64,000 nt of DNA from an uncultured Acidobacteriota bacterium (GCA_963802675.1 CAWDJL010000008.1:392041-456040), one strand, 5' to 3'. Positions 37,413 to 47,167 are shown, counted from the first letter of the stretch. The notes: generated from the sequence alone by a model not told the origin. Translations and numbers: made by a program.

Positions 37413-38822
37413 CTAAACAGCTGTCACCGACGCTGGTGCCAGCGAGAACTCGCTCGTGCTATCGCCAAAGCCTTGCAGATCCTCGAGCCCAAGGTTGTGC
37501 ATCAGGGTCAGGAACACGTTCGCCATCGGCGTCGCATCGGCGGCCTTGAGATGGAGGTTCCCCTTCAACATCCCGTTGCCGTGGCCGAACAGCACCAGCG
37601 GGCAGCGGCGATGGTTGTGGATGTTGGCGTCGGCCATCGGCGATCCGAAGATCACCAGCGATTTGTCGAGCAGGCTGGCGTCGCCTTCCATCGTCGACTT
37701 CATGCGTTCGAGGAAATACGCGAGCTGCCTCGTGCGGAACTTGCAGATCTTGTTGAATTCCATGATCCGCTCCTCGCGGTTGCCGTGGTGCGAGGCCGGG
37801 TGGAAGGGCTGATTGGATTCGCACTCGGGGAACACACGGTTCTGCGCGTCGCGGCCGGTCTTGAACGAGATGATGCGCGTCATGTCCGATTCGAGCGCGA
37901 GCACTTGGAGGTCGAACATCAGCTTCATGTGCTCGGAGAAGGAATCCGGCACCCCTGCGGGCGCATCGGGAATCTCGCGCGGCTCGCCGCTGCTGTTGCG
38001 CGACTCGACCGCCTTGATGCGACGTTCGAGCTCATGAACGTTTTCGAGGTAGCGATCCAGCCGCGTGCGGTCCGCCGCGCCCAGCTCGCGCCGGAGGCTG
38101 GTGACCTCGCCCGAGATGTAGTCGAGAATGCCTCGTCGGCTTTCGCGACGGTCGCGGCGATCGGCCGCGGTCGTGCCAGCGCCGAACAGCATGTCGAAGG
38201 CGATTCGAGGATCGCGAATCATCGGCAGCGGCTCGTTCGGGGACGCCCAACTGAGCGAGTCGGTGTAGGCGCAGGAGTAGTTATAGGTGCAGCCGCCGGC
38301 CTGATCGAGGTTCTCGATGCAGAACTGCATCGAGGGCAGCGGCGTGTTCTGCCCGAACTTCTGGGCGTAAATCTGGTCGAGCGAGGTGCCGGCATGGATG
38401 TCGGAGCCCTGCGTCTGCTTCGGCTTCGACTGGGTCAAGAAGACCGCCGTCGAGCGGAAGTGATCGCCGCCAATCTCCGGCAGCGCAAAGGCCTCGGCAT
38501 TCCGCACATCGGTGTTGCTGATGATCGTCATGTAGTTCCGATAGCTTTCGAGCGCGCTCAGCGGATTGTCCGGCACCAGCGTGAAGTTGGGCCCGGTCTG
38601 CTCCGGTGCGAAGAGGAACTTGGTCGCCGCCCAGTTGTTGCAGCCGGCCAGGCCGTGCACCTCCTCGATGCAGATGAGGCGCGTCGGCGCGGTTGCGGCC
38701 GTGGTCTTGGCGAACACGCGGCCCGCGGGCACCATCGCGTCCAGGAAGGGCAACGCCACTGTGGCCCCCATGCCGCGGAGGAACGTCCGGCGGGGCATGT
38801 GCTTTCCTGTGATGAACGACAT
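37413..38822 (-). CDS. DUF1552-family protein (Tat-signal-like N-terminus)
   Basis: MSFITGKHMPRRTFLRGMGATVALPFLDAM is the typical DUF1552 N-terminus. Intact 469-aa ORF immediately downstream of its usual DUF1592-type partner. Confidence 0.8.
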   Translation of the reverse strand: MSFITGKHMPRRTFLRGMGATVALPFLDAMVPAGRVFAKTTAATAPTRLICIEEVHGLAGCNNWAATKFLFAPEQTGPNFTLVPDNPLSALESYRNYMTIISNTDVRNAEAFALPEIGGDHFRSTAVFLTQSKPKQTQGSDIHAGTSLDQIYAQKFGQNTPLPSMQFCIENLDQAGGCTYNYSCAYTDSLSWASPNEPLPMIRDPRIAFDMLFGAGTTAADRRDRRESRRGILDYISGEVTSLRRELGAADRTRLDRYLENVHELERRIKAVESRNSSGEPREIPDAPAGVPDSFSEHMKLMFDLQVLALESDMTRIISFKTGRDAQNRVFPECESNQPFHPASHHGNREERIMEFNKICKFRTRQLAYFLERMKSTMEGDASLLDKSLVIFGSPMADANIHNHRRCPLVLFGHGNGMLKGNLHLKAADATPMANVFLTLMHNLGLEDLQGFGDSTSEFSLAPASVTAV

Positions 38823-38896
38823 CGTCTACATCTCCTCGACTGTGAGGTTATCCACCCGGTTGTGCTTCGACGCTTCTATCGGCCAACATCGCTCGA

Positions 38897-41402
38897 CTAC
38901 TGCCGTGCGGCAACGCTCTTCGTCTCGTCGGTTGTCACGGCCGCGTCCACTCGCTTCATCCGGAACGCGTCGCTCTTGACGATTCCGAGAATGAACGAGG
39001 ACACCCGGAAGTCGTCGGCTTCCGCCTTCCTGGCGATCGCGCGAATGGCTGGCTGGTCGAAGTACTCGACGCGCCGACCCAGCGCATACGCCATCAAGTT
39101 TTCGGTGAACGTGCGCACCAGGGGCGTCGGACGCTTCAGCAGCGCGTTCACCAGCTCTGACGGCGACGTGATCGCGGTGCCGTCGTAGAAATCGCCCTTG
39201 GTGTCGAGCTCGCTGCCGTACTCGCGCGATCGCCACCGGCCGGTCACGTCGAAGTTGTCGAGCGCGAGGCCAATCGGATCCATGAAGCGGTGGCACGAGT
39301 TGCACGTCGGATTCTTGCGATGAACCTCCAGACGCTCCCGCGTCGTCATCAATCGCCCTTCCTTGGCCTCGCCAGCCGCTTCCAGATCGGGAACATCGGG
39401 CGGCGGCGGCGGGGGCGGCGTGCCGAGCAGCACTTCCATCACCCACTTGCCGCGCAGCACCGGTGATGTGCGGTTGGCCATCGAGGTCTGCACCAGCATC
39501 GTGCCCTGACCGAGCACGCCCCGCCGACGCGCATCCGGATATTGAACCTTGCGGAAATCGTTGCCCGCGACGCCAGGGATCCCGTAGTGACGGGCGAGTC
39601 GTTCGTTGATGAAGGTGTAATCGGCGCGATACAGGTCGAGGATGCTGCGATCCTCGCGGACCAGGTGGCTGAAGAACAGCTCCGTTTCGTGCCGCATCAT
39701 CTCGGCGAGGTTGTCGTCGAAATTGGGGTAGAAGTTTGGATCCGGCTTCACCTTGTCGACGTCCTGCAGCCGCAGCCACTGGGCGGCGAACCGTGAGGCA
39801 AGCGCCTCGGCGCGCGCATCGGCGAGCAGGCGCTTGGTTTGTTTCTCGAGCATACCAGGCGCCGACAACTTGCCAGCCGCAGCGATGTCAATCAATTCCT
39901 TGTCCGGGGACGTGCCCCAGATGAAGAACGACAGGCGCGACGCGAGATCGAGATCGCCAACCCGCACCGCGGTGCCGGGCGTAGCCGTTTCGGGCTCCCG
40001 CTCCAATCGGAAAATGAAGTGGGGACTCGACAGAATCGCCTCGAGCGCGGCGCCGACGCCGCCCTCGAATCCACCCTCGGCGGCCCCCTTCTGGTAGAAC
40101 GGCATCAACCGGTCGGTCTCGCGCGGCGAAATGGGACGTCGATACGCTTCGCCAGCGATCCGCGTGACGATCTCGCGCGCGCACCGCACCTCTTCGTCGT
40201 TCGAGGTCGGACGGCAGGTGAACAACTTCTGACGACTCGGCGTCCGCGAGACGCCAGTCGTCTTATACGGACCACGAATGATCAGATCGCGCAAATGCGG
40301 CAGCGTCGTGATGCCACCACCCCCCGAGCCACCGCCGGCGAATGACCAGTCGTGTGGACGAATGAGATCCTCGTACGGCCCCTCCGACCGTCGAACGAAC
40401 GCGGCCGCGACCTTCTGCTGCCCCGCACGAATCAGGACCGGCTCGGTCATGATGCCGTTGGCGCCACGGCCGTCAGCGCCGCCCGCCGGCGCGGTCTCAT
40501 ACGCCAGTACCGCGACGCGCTCGCCGTTCACCGAAATATCGATATCCTCGTAGCGCGCGTTGTCGCCGGAATTGAGGGTCACTTCGAAGACGTATTCCCC
40601 ATCCGCCGGGAACACGTGGTCGATCACCATGCCTCCGCGGGTGCCGTACGGCGCACCCTCGATGTGATCCCAAGGATGCTGCGAGACGTAGCTCGGATTG
40701 GTGTAGGTGTGATCGATCCCGCGCGCTGATCGATCGCCGACAGCCATCCGGCTGATGTCCGCGGCGGCGTTCAGGTACGACTCGAGGAGTGTGGGCGACA
40801 GCGCCTGTTCATCGGCAATGTTGTCGAAGTTCGCGCTCATCGTGTCGAGCGGCAGCCACTTGCCGGCGTCGACGTCGAGGGCCAGCAGTTCGCGAATGGC
40901 ACGCGCGTACTCCGCACGATTGAGTCGTGGAAACGTCCGCCGTCCCGGGTTCGGTCGGGCGGCCGCGGCTCGATCGACGGTCGTCTCGAGGGCGCCAATC
41001 AGCGCCAGTTGCGCCGATGGGTCCGGACGGCGCGCGCCTGGCGGCGGCATCATGCCGGCCTGCAGCTTCAGAATCATCTTCTCGGCTGTTGCCGCCGAGT
41101 CGGCTGCCTTTGCGATGTCAAACGTCTGCAGCGACAACCCCATCACATCGTCTTTGCGCTTGTCGTTGTGGCACGTGACGCAGGTACTGGCGAATGACCG
41201 CGTTGTGATCCTGCGATGAGGGTGCTTTCGCGGCGTGTGAGCTGACGGGCGAGGGCTTCGAGGATGCTGGCTGAGCCGGGCGCTGCGGCGACGATGGCGT
41301 CGCGGGTCGCACCGGGGGTTGACTCTGGGCCAGACCGATGGCCGTGGCGACTGCAACGAACAGCAATCCAGTGCCGAGGGGGGTGAAGGTGGCGCGTTTC
41401 AT
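38897..41402 (-). CDS. DUF1585/1587/1588/1592/1595-type (planctomycete PSD/PSCyt) protein with a CxxCH motif, one frame break near 41188
   Basis: Signal MKRATFTPLGTGLLFVAVATAIG (ORF 41118..41402) joins ORF 38897..41356 at IRQY|CVTCHNDKRK. A later motif is NPTCNSCHRFMDPIGLALDNFD. Confidence 0.8.
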
Positions 41403-41553
41403 TGGCCGTCAGCACCCGAGCGCCGCCGGTATCTATCCCAAATTGCGGTCCCGGGATTCGGGCGATGTTACACCGGAACTCGTTGATTTCGGGGCAGGTT
41501 ACAAAAAATGACGAGACCCTGAATCTCCTGGAATCAGCCCGGAAACAGCCATC

Positions 41554-41595
41554 TTGACATGCTACGTTTGTAGCATTATGCTACGCACGTAGCAC
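41554..41595 (+). promoter_or_regulatory. sigma70-like promoter overlapped by two BlaI-type palindromic operators
   Basis: TTGACA (41554..41559), a 17-nt spacer, then TATGCT (41577..41582). Operator 1 is ATGCTAC-GTTT-GTAGCAT (41559..41576). Operator 2 is ATGCTAC-GCAC-GTAGCAC (41578..41595). RBS GAAGGAGG precedes GTG 41609. Confidence 0.7.
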
Positions 41596-41608
41596 TGAAG
41601 GAGGCCCT

Positions 41609-41998
41609 GTGGCTGGAACCCCTGAACGACTCTCGCGCCGCGAACGCGAAATCATGAACATCCTGTTCGCCCTCGGCGACCGCGCCTCGGCCGAGGACAT
41701 TCGCGCGGAGCTCAGCGATGCGCCCAGCTACTCCGCTGTCCGGGCGATGTTGGCCAAGCTCGAGGCCAAAGGCCAGGTGCGTCATCGCGAAGAAGGCCTC
41801 CGCTATGTCTACTACCCCACAACACCCCGGCAAACCGCCAGACGAGCCGCGGTGCAACAGCTGTTGCGCGTGTTCTTCGGAGGCTCCCCCGGCGAAGCGG
41901 CCTCCGCGCTCCTGAAGAACGAGAACTGGACCGACGACGAGCTCGAGTCCCTGAGCGCTGAAATCGAGCGGGTTCGAAACGAGAGGAGACAATCATGA
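41609..41998 (+). CDS. blaI: BlaI/MecI/CopY-family transcriptional repressor
   Basis: Winged-helix REREIMNILFALGDRASAEDIRAELSD..SYSAVRAMLAKLEAKGQVRH. The gene overlaps blaR1 by ATGA. Confidence 0.85.
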   Translation: MAGTPERLSRREREIMNILFALGDRASAEDIRAELSDAPSYSAVRAMLAKLEAKGQVRHREEGLRYVYYPTTPRQTARRAAVQQLLRVFFGGSPGEAASALLKNENWTDDELESLSAEIERVRNERRQS

Positions 41999-43572
41999 CC
42001 GGAACACTCACGGACTCAATCGCCGCGCTCGCGACATCCGCGGCGGCATCGTTGGTCTTCAAGGCCACTCTTGTGTTGGCCGCAGGGTTGCTGGCAACCG
42101 CGCTTGCACGGCGCGCCCGGGCCTCGGTTCGGCATGCGCTGTTGACGTCCACGCTGGCCGTGGTGCTCGCCCTCCCTGCCGGTGCAGCACTGATGCCAGC
42201 GCTCGCCATTTCCGTGCCGCTCGCTCCGCCCACTCCGCAGGTCAGCCCAGCCATCGAGGTCGCGCAGCCGCGGGCGATGGTCTCACCTCCGGTTGTCGGC
42301 GGGATGCAACAGATCGACCGCTCTGCGCAGGTCTCGCTACGAACAATCGTCGTCTCGGCATGGGCTGTCGGCGCGGCAATGCTGGTTGGGTGGCTGGCGC
42401 TGGCCGTCTGGCGGTTGCGCCGCATCCGACGCACGGGCCTCCCCTGGCTCGAAGTCCGACCCCTCGTCGACGACCTGGCCACTCGTGCCGGTATTACACG
42501 ACCCGTTGACCTGCTCGTTCATGAAGCGATCGCGGCCCCGCTCACTTGCGGGATCATCCGACCCGCGATCATCGTTTCGCACGAGACTCGTGAGTGGGCC
42601 GACACATCTCTTCGGCGCGCGTTCGTGCACGAGTTAGAACACGTGCGCCGACGTGATTGGTGGGTCCATCTCGCGGCCCGTGTGACCTGTGCGCTCTACT
42701 GGTTCCACCCTTTGGTGTGGATCGCATACCGTCAGCTGACGCTCGAAGCCGAGCGTGCGTGTGATGATGCGGTCGTCGAGCATGAGGAAAGCACTCAGTA
42801 CGCGGAGCAACTCGTCGAGCTGGCGCGCCGGATGGGCGCGGCCGGTCCGCAGCCCTCGCTCGCCATGGCCAGCCGCAGCGATCTGTCGGCCCGTGTGACG
42901 GCCCTGCTCGACGCCACGCAAATGCGCGGGCGAGCCGGATTCGCGCGGGGGACGCTGGTGGCTGTCGGCGCTGCCGCGGTGTTGTTGACGCTGGCCCCGG
43001 TTCGGATGGTGGCAGTAAGCAGCGATGTGGCGGAGGCCGGCGAAACGCAAGAGCGACAAGCTCGCGGCTCCCGCCTCGATCGTGCGTTGGTCGAAGCCGC
43101 TGAGGCGGGCGATGTCGAAGATGTGACCAGCCTTCTCGCGAGCGGCGCCAATCTCAACGCCGCGGTGGATGGTGATGGCAGCCCACTGATCGCTGCCGCC
43201 CGCGGCGGGCACTTGTCGCTGGTTACCATGCTCCTCGATCGGGGCGCCGATCCGAATCTCGCCGTCCACGGCGACGGCAACGCGCTGATCATGGCCGCGC
43301 GCGAAGGGCACGTCGCCATCGTGACGCTGCTGCTCGACCGCGGCGCGAATATCGACGATGTCGTCGACGGCGACGAGAACGCGCTGATTCAAGCCAGCGG
43401 ACACGGCGCGCTTGAAGTTGTGAAGCTGCTCGTCGCGCGCGGCGCCGATGTCAACGCGCGCGTCCAGGTACAGGAGAGATTCGGCGACGAATGGCGAACG
43501 CCGTTGAGCATGGCCGAACGCGGTCGGCATCGCGCGGTCATCGAGTTCCTCAAGTCGGCGGGAGCGCGATGA
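41995..43572 (+). CDS. blaR1: BlaR1/M56-family membrane metalloprotease sensor with a C-terminal ankyrin-repeat domain
   Basis: HExxH zinc site FVHELEHVRRRDW within the TM region. After the last TM helix (LVAVGAAAVLLTLAP) come four to five ANK units (GSPLIAAARGGHLSLVTMLLDRGADPN ...). Confidence 0.85.
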   Translation: MTGTLTDSIAALATSAAASLVFKATLVLAAGLLATALARRARASVRHALLTSTLAVVLALPAGAALMPALAISVPLAPPTPQVSPAIEVAQPRAMVSPPVVGGMQQIDRSAQVSLRTIVVSAWAVGAAMLVGWLALAVWRLRRIRRTGLPWLEVRPLVDDLATRAGITRPVDLLVHEAIAAPLTCGIIRPAIIVSHETREWADTSLRRAFVHELEHVRRRDWWVHLAARVTCALYWFHPLVWIAYRQLTLEAERACDDAVVEHEESTQYAEQLVELARRMGAAGPQPSLAMASRSDLSARVTALLDATQMRGRAGFARGTLVAVGAAAVLLTLAPVRMVAVSSDVAEAGETQERQARGSRLDRALVEAAEAGDVEDVTSLLASGANLNAAVDGDGSPLIAAARGGHLSLVTMLLDRGADPNLAVHGDGNALIMAAREGHVAIVTLLLDRGANIDDVVDGDENALIQASGHGALEVVKLLVARGADVNARVQVQERFGDEWRTPLSMAERGRHRAVIEFLKSAGAR

Positions 43573-43574
43573 TA

Positions 43575-43795
43575 TTGAGCGATTGGGTGTTTGGGTGAGT
43601 TGGTGATTGCATTGGGTGATTGGGGGATTGAGTGGCTTCCGGCTTTCAGCCGGAAGATGAGCCGCGCGTTGAGAGCTTCCGCCTGAAAGGCGGAAGCCAC
43701 AGGAGCATAACCAATCACCCAATCACTCAATTCAAATCGCCCAATCACCCATTCACCCCTGGAATCGCCCAGTCCCCATTCACCCAATCACCCAA
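43575..43795. repeat. long imperfect palindrome with GGGTGATTG-type arms, capped by a permuted REP copy 6 (core 43632..43700)
   Basis: The left arm repeats gggtgattg variants (43581..43631) and the right arm repeats caatcaccc variants (43709..43795). For example, attgggtgattgg (43611..43623) is the exact complement of ccaatcacccaat (43711..43723). The core is gtgg-cttccggctttcagccggaag-N19-cttccgcctgaaaggcggaag-ccac. Confidence 0.85.
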
Positions 43796-43812
43796 GTAGC
43801 TCAGGCGTCCCC

Positions 43813-43839
43813 TTGACGGCCTGCAATTCCACCTATAAT
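43813..43839 (+). promoter_or_regulatory. candidate sigma70 promoter of the TonB-dependent receptor gene
   Basis: TTGACG (43813..43818), a 15-nt spacer, then TATAAT (43834..43839). It lies ~125 nt upstream of ATG 43963, which follows GGAGGAGG. Confidence 0.45.
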
Positions 43840-43962
43840 GTCCCCACAATTCCCTTTTTTGCGTGAGGGTCTCAGCCGTTCGATTCGAGCCCGTAGTCCC
43901 ACGCTGACGCCTTTGCGCTTGACGTTTTTCCGGGGCCCCTCTGCCCCGGGGAGGAGGTTGAG

Positions 43963-46931
43963 ATGCGTCGGCGCGTATTCGTCTTCCTTGTCACCACGCT
44001 CCTCTCGGCTTCGGCGGCTCTTGCGCAGCAGGGCACGGGGGATATCCGTGGGAAGGTCGTGGACCAGCAGGGTGCGCTGCTGCCGGGTGTGACGGTGGTC
44101 GTGCGTCACCAGGCGAGCGGTCTCTATCGCGAGGCCGTGACTGGACCTGATGGCCAGTTCCTGATGAGCGCGATGACCCCCGGCGTGTATGAAGTCTCCG
44201 CCGAGCTCGCGGGGTTCAAGAAATACTCCCGTCGCGACATCCCGCTCGCGGTTGGCGCCACGGCGCAAGTCGAATTGACGCTCGAGGTCGGAGCCGTAGC
44301 CGAGTCGGTGACCGTCACCGGGGAGTCGCCTCTGGTCGATACCACCTCCCAGGAGATCGGCGGCCGCATCAGCGGCCAGGAGTTCATCGACACGCCATCC
44401 TTCAACCGCAACTTCGCCGGCTATCTCGGCATGCTGCCAGGCGTCGTGGCGACGATTTCGGCGACCACGTTCGGCGCCGACTCGATCAGCGTCGCCGGGC
44501 AGAACGTGCGCAACGTGAACTACACGATGGACGGGTCGAACAACAACGACACGTTCAACGGCGGCAACGGCGGCGCGCAGGCGCGCATGCCGGTCGAGGC
44601 GGTGCAGGAGTTCCAGCTCCTCACCAGCCAGTTCGACGCCGAGTTCGGGCTCGCCTCCGGCGGCATCGTCAACTCGGTGTCGAAGTCGGGGACCAATCAG
44701 TACCACGGCAGCGCGTTCTACTTCTTCCAGGACCAGAAGCTCGCCAGCACTGAGTACTTTGCCAAGAAAGAAGGGCTCGACGAGGCCGACAGCAAGCAGC
44801 AGTCCAGTGGGGCGGCACGTTCGGGGGCCCGATCGTCCGCGACAAGGCGCACTACTTCGTGAGCGTCGAGCGTGTCGCGCTCGATGCTGGCGTCACGACC
44901 AACATCCCGACGCGGCCGGACCTGAACCGCACCGACTTCGAGACGACTCGGGTGTGGAACACGTTCGTCCGGGCGGATCATCAGGTCACTCCGAACAATA
45001 CCTGGGGCATTCGCTGGCTGCGCGAGATTCGCCGCAGCCGCTGCAGATCCAGGCGGAGAACCACACACCGTCGCGGCACGAGGCGGAAACCGACATCGAT
45101 TGGACGTTCGTCGGCAACCTGAGCTCGGTGATCGGATCGTCGAAGGTCAACACGTTCCGCGTGTCGGCGGTCAAGGAGGACGTGTTCTTCGGCAACCCGA
45201 ACTTCAATACCAACGGTCACGACCAGAAGATCCTGCTGCCGCAGCTCAACTTCCTGAGTTTCCAGGATCAGCAGAGCGCGCGGGCAAACCGCCGCCTCGA
45301 CGTGGCGTACGGCGCCGACGACGTCTTTGCCTGGTTCGTCCCGGGAAAGGGCGGCGACCACGACATGAAGTTCGGCGTCAACTACCTGTACTCGTCGCTG
45401 CGGACCGAGGACTACGGCAACCTGAACGGCACGTTCATCACTCACCACCGATCTGCCGTTCGACCCCGCCAACCCGCGAACCTACCCGGAGCGGCTGCAG
45501 ATTCGCGCCCCGGGCGCAGTGAACTTCCTGATGAAAGGGCACTTCATCGGCATGTTCGCGCAGGACAAGTGGCGGGTGCACACCGACTTCGTCGATCAAC
45601 GTCGGGGCGCGGTACGACGTCGAGATCCTGCCGACGCCGAACCAGGACAATCCGCTGTTCGAGGGGAATCCGGACGGCTATCCAAAGGACTTGAACAACT
45701 TCGCGCCCCGGCTGGGGTTCTCGTGGACGCCTGGCGGCACGGGCCGCTCGGCGGTGCGCGGCGGGTTCGGCGTGTTCTACCAGCGCACCTCGTACACCTT
45801 CCTCACGAACATGTTCGCGACCGGCGCGCGGTTCACGACGTCGTTCACGGCGCAATTCCCGACCAACAACGTCGACCCCGGACCGCGAAACGGCAACTTC
45901 CCGACCGATCCGATGCTGGTCAACGGACCGACGGTCAATCACGCGCTGATCGACGCGCTGATTCCCCCCGGGAACGCGGGTTCGCAACACCGGCACGGTC
46001 CGCTTCGACAATCCCGATCGCGTGAACTGCCTTTTCGCGGCAGTACAGCCTCGGCTACGAGCGCCAGCTCTGGACGAACGTCGAGCGTCTCGAGTCGACT
46101 ACATCCGCTCCGAGCAGCGCAAGCAGTACATCCTCAAGGAGCTCAATCCCGGCATCGCGGCAACTCGACGCTTGCGACCGGCACCGTCACCCGCACCAAC
46201 CCGTTGGTCGGGAACGTCGGTGACTGGGCGGCCAGCGTCGTCACGCTCGTCAACGCGGGCTACATCGACTACAACACGGTCCAGGTGTCGGGAACGAAGC
46301 GGTACAGCAACGGCTGGCAGGGCCGATTGTCGTATGCGTTGTCGCGCGGGCGCGGCAACACGCCCGACGGCCAGGCCGTGCTGACGCAGCCGTCGCAGTT
46401 CCTCGGCGATCTGCGCCTCGACACCATGAGAACGGTCCGACCGACGTCGACCGACCGCACATCCTGACGCTGTCGGGCACCTACGACGTGCCGAAGACCG
46501 GCGGGCTGAAAGTCAGCGCGCGTCTACAGCGCGCGCAGCGGGCTCGCCGTTCTCGCTGGTGGACACGACGTTCGACGCCGACCGAAACGGCCTGACGACC
46601 AACGAATACCTGCCCGGCCGGCACCTACACGCGGCGTCGGAGACCAAGCGATCACGGTCGACTACGAGGGCGGCCGCAACGGCGCCCGCGGTCCCAACTA
46701 CCAGCGACTGGACCTTCGCATGGGCTACCGGTTCCGTTTCGGCGGGGGACCGCACGATCGACGCGTTCCTGGATCTCTTCAACGCGACCAACGAGCCGAA
46801 CTTCGCCAATCCCATCGCGGCGAACAACTCGAGCGATCGGCGGATACCGGCGTCGTACCTGCGCGATTACCCAGACGCTCAACGAGAGCCCGACGCGGAC
46901 GGCGCAGCTGAATTTCCGCTTCGGGTTCTGA
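43963..46931 (+). pseudogene. TonB-dependent receptor (CarboxypepD_reg N-domain + plug + barrel), frame changes about 13 times
   Basis: Signal MRRRVFVFLVTTLLSASAALAQ. GKVVDQQGALLPGVTVVV..GPDGQFLMSAMTPGVYEV, and plug VTVTGESPLVDT. The barrel was followed by hand through frames 1,0,2,0,1,2,0,2,1,x,2,1,2,0 and ends ...TAQLNFRFGF with stop at 46929..46931. Confidence 0.8.
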
Positions 46932-46934
46932 CGA

Positions 46935-47165
46935 GGACTCGGTCGGCTTCGCCAATCTCGTAGGAGTCGCCGCCTTCGGCGGCTCCTACGACTCGGGCTC
47001 GCAGAAGGACTCGGCGCTACGCGCCTCGTTGGGGCGCGGGCCGTTCGGCCCGCGCTTTCCAGTGCTAGTCGGCAATTGAAGCGGCGGCCGACCAGCCGCC
47101 GCCCCTACGAGGCGGCGTAAGCCGCCGAGTCCCACGAGGCGAGCCGAAGGCGAGCGAGTCCCGGC
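46935..47165. terminator. battery of GC-rich hairpins between convergent genes
   Basis: Hairpins at 46959..46990 (cgtagga..gccgcc-ttc-ggcggc-tcctacg), 47034..47055 (gcgcgggcc-gttc-ggcccgcgc followed by ttt), 47081..47102 (gcggcgg-N8-ccgccgc) and 47111..47126 (ggcggc-gtaa-gccgcc). The motif ggactcgg on the left (46935, 47007) is mirrored by ccgagtcc on the right (47125). Confidence 0.7.
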
Positions 47166-47167
47166 CG

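Noticed and set aside
36924-39188. Very long ORFs antisense to confident genes. Examples: 36924..39188 (754 aa), 9138..10580 (480 aa), 19148..20512 (454 aa), 57129..58481 (450 aa), 42634..43722, 23265..24185 and 53207..54127.
   Set aside because: Their translations are Arg/Ala/Gly/Pro-rich low-complexity sequence with no motifs. Each lies opposite a gene with clear family signatures. This is typical stop-codon-poor shadow framing in GC-rich DNA.
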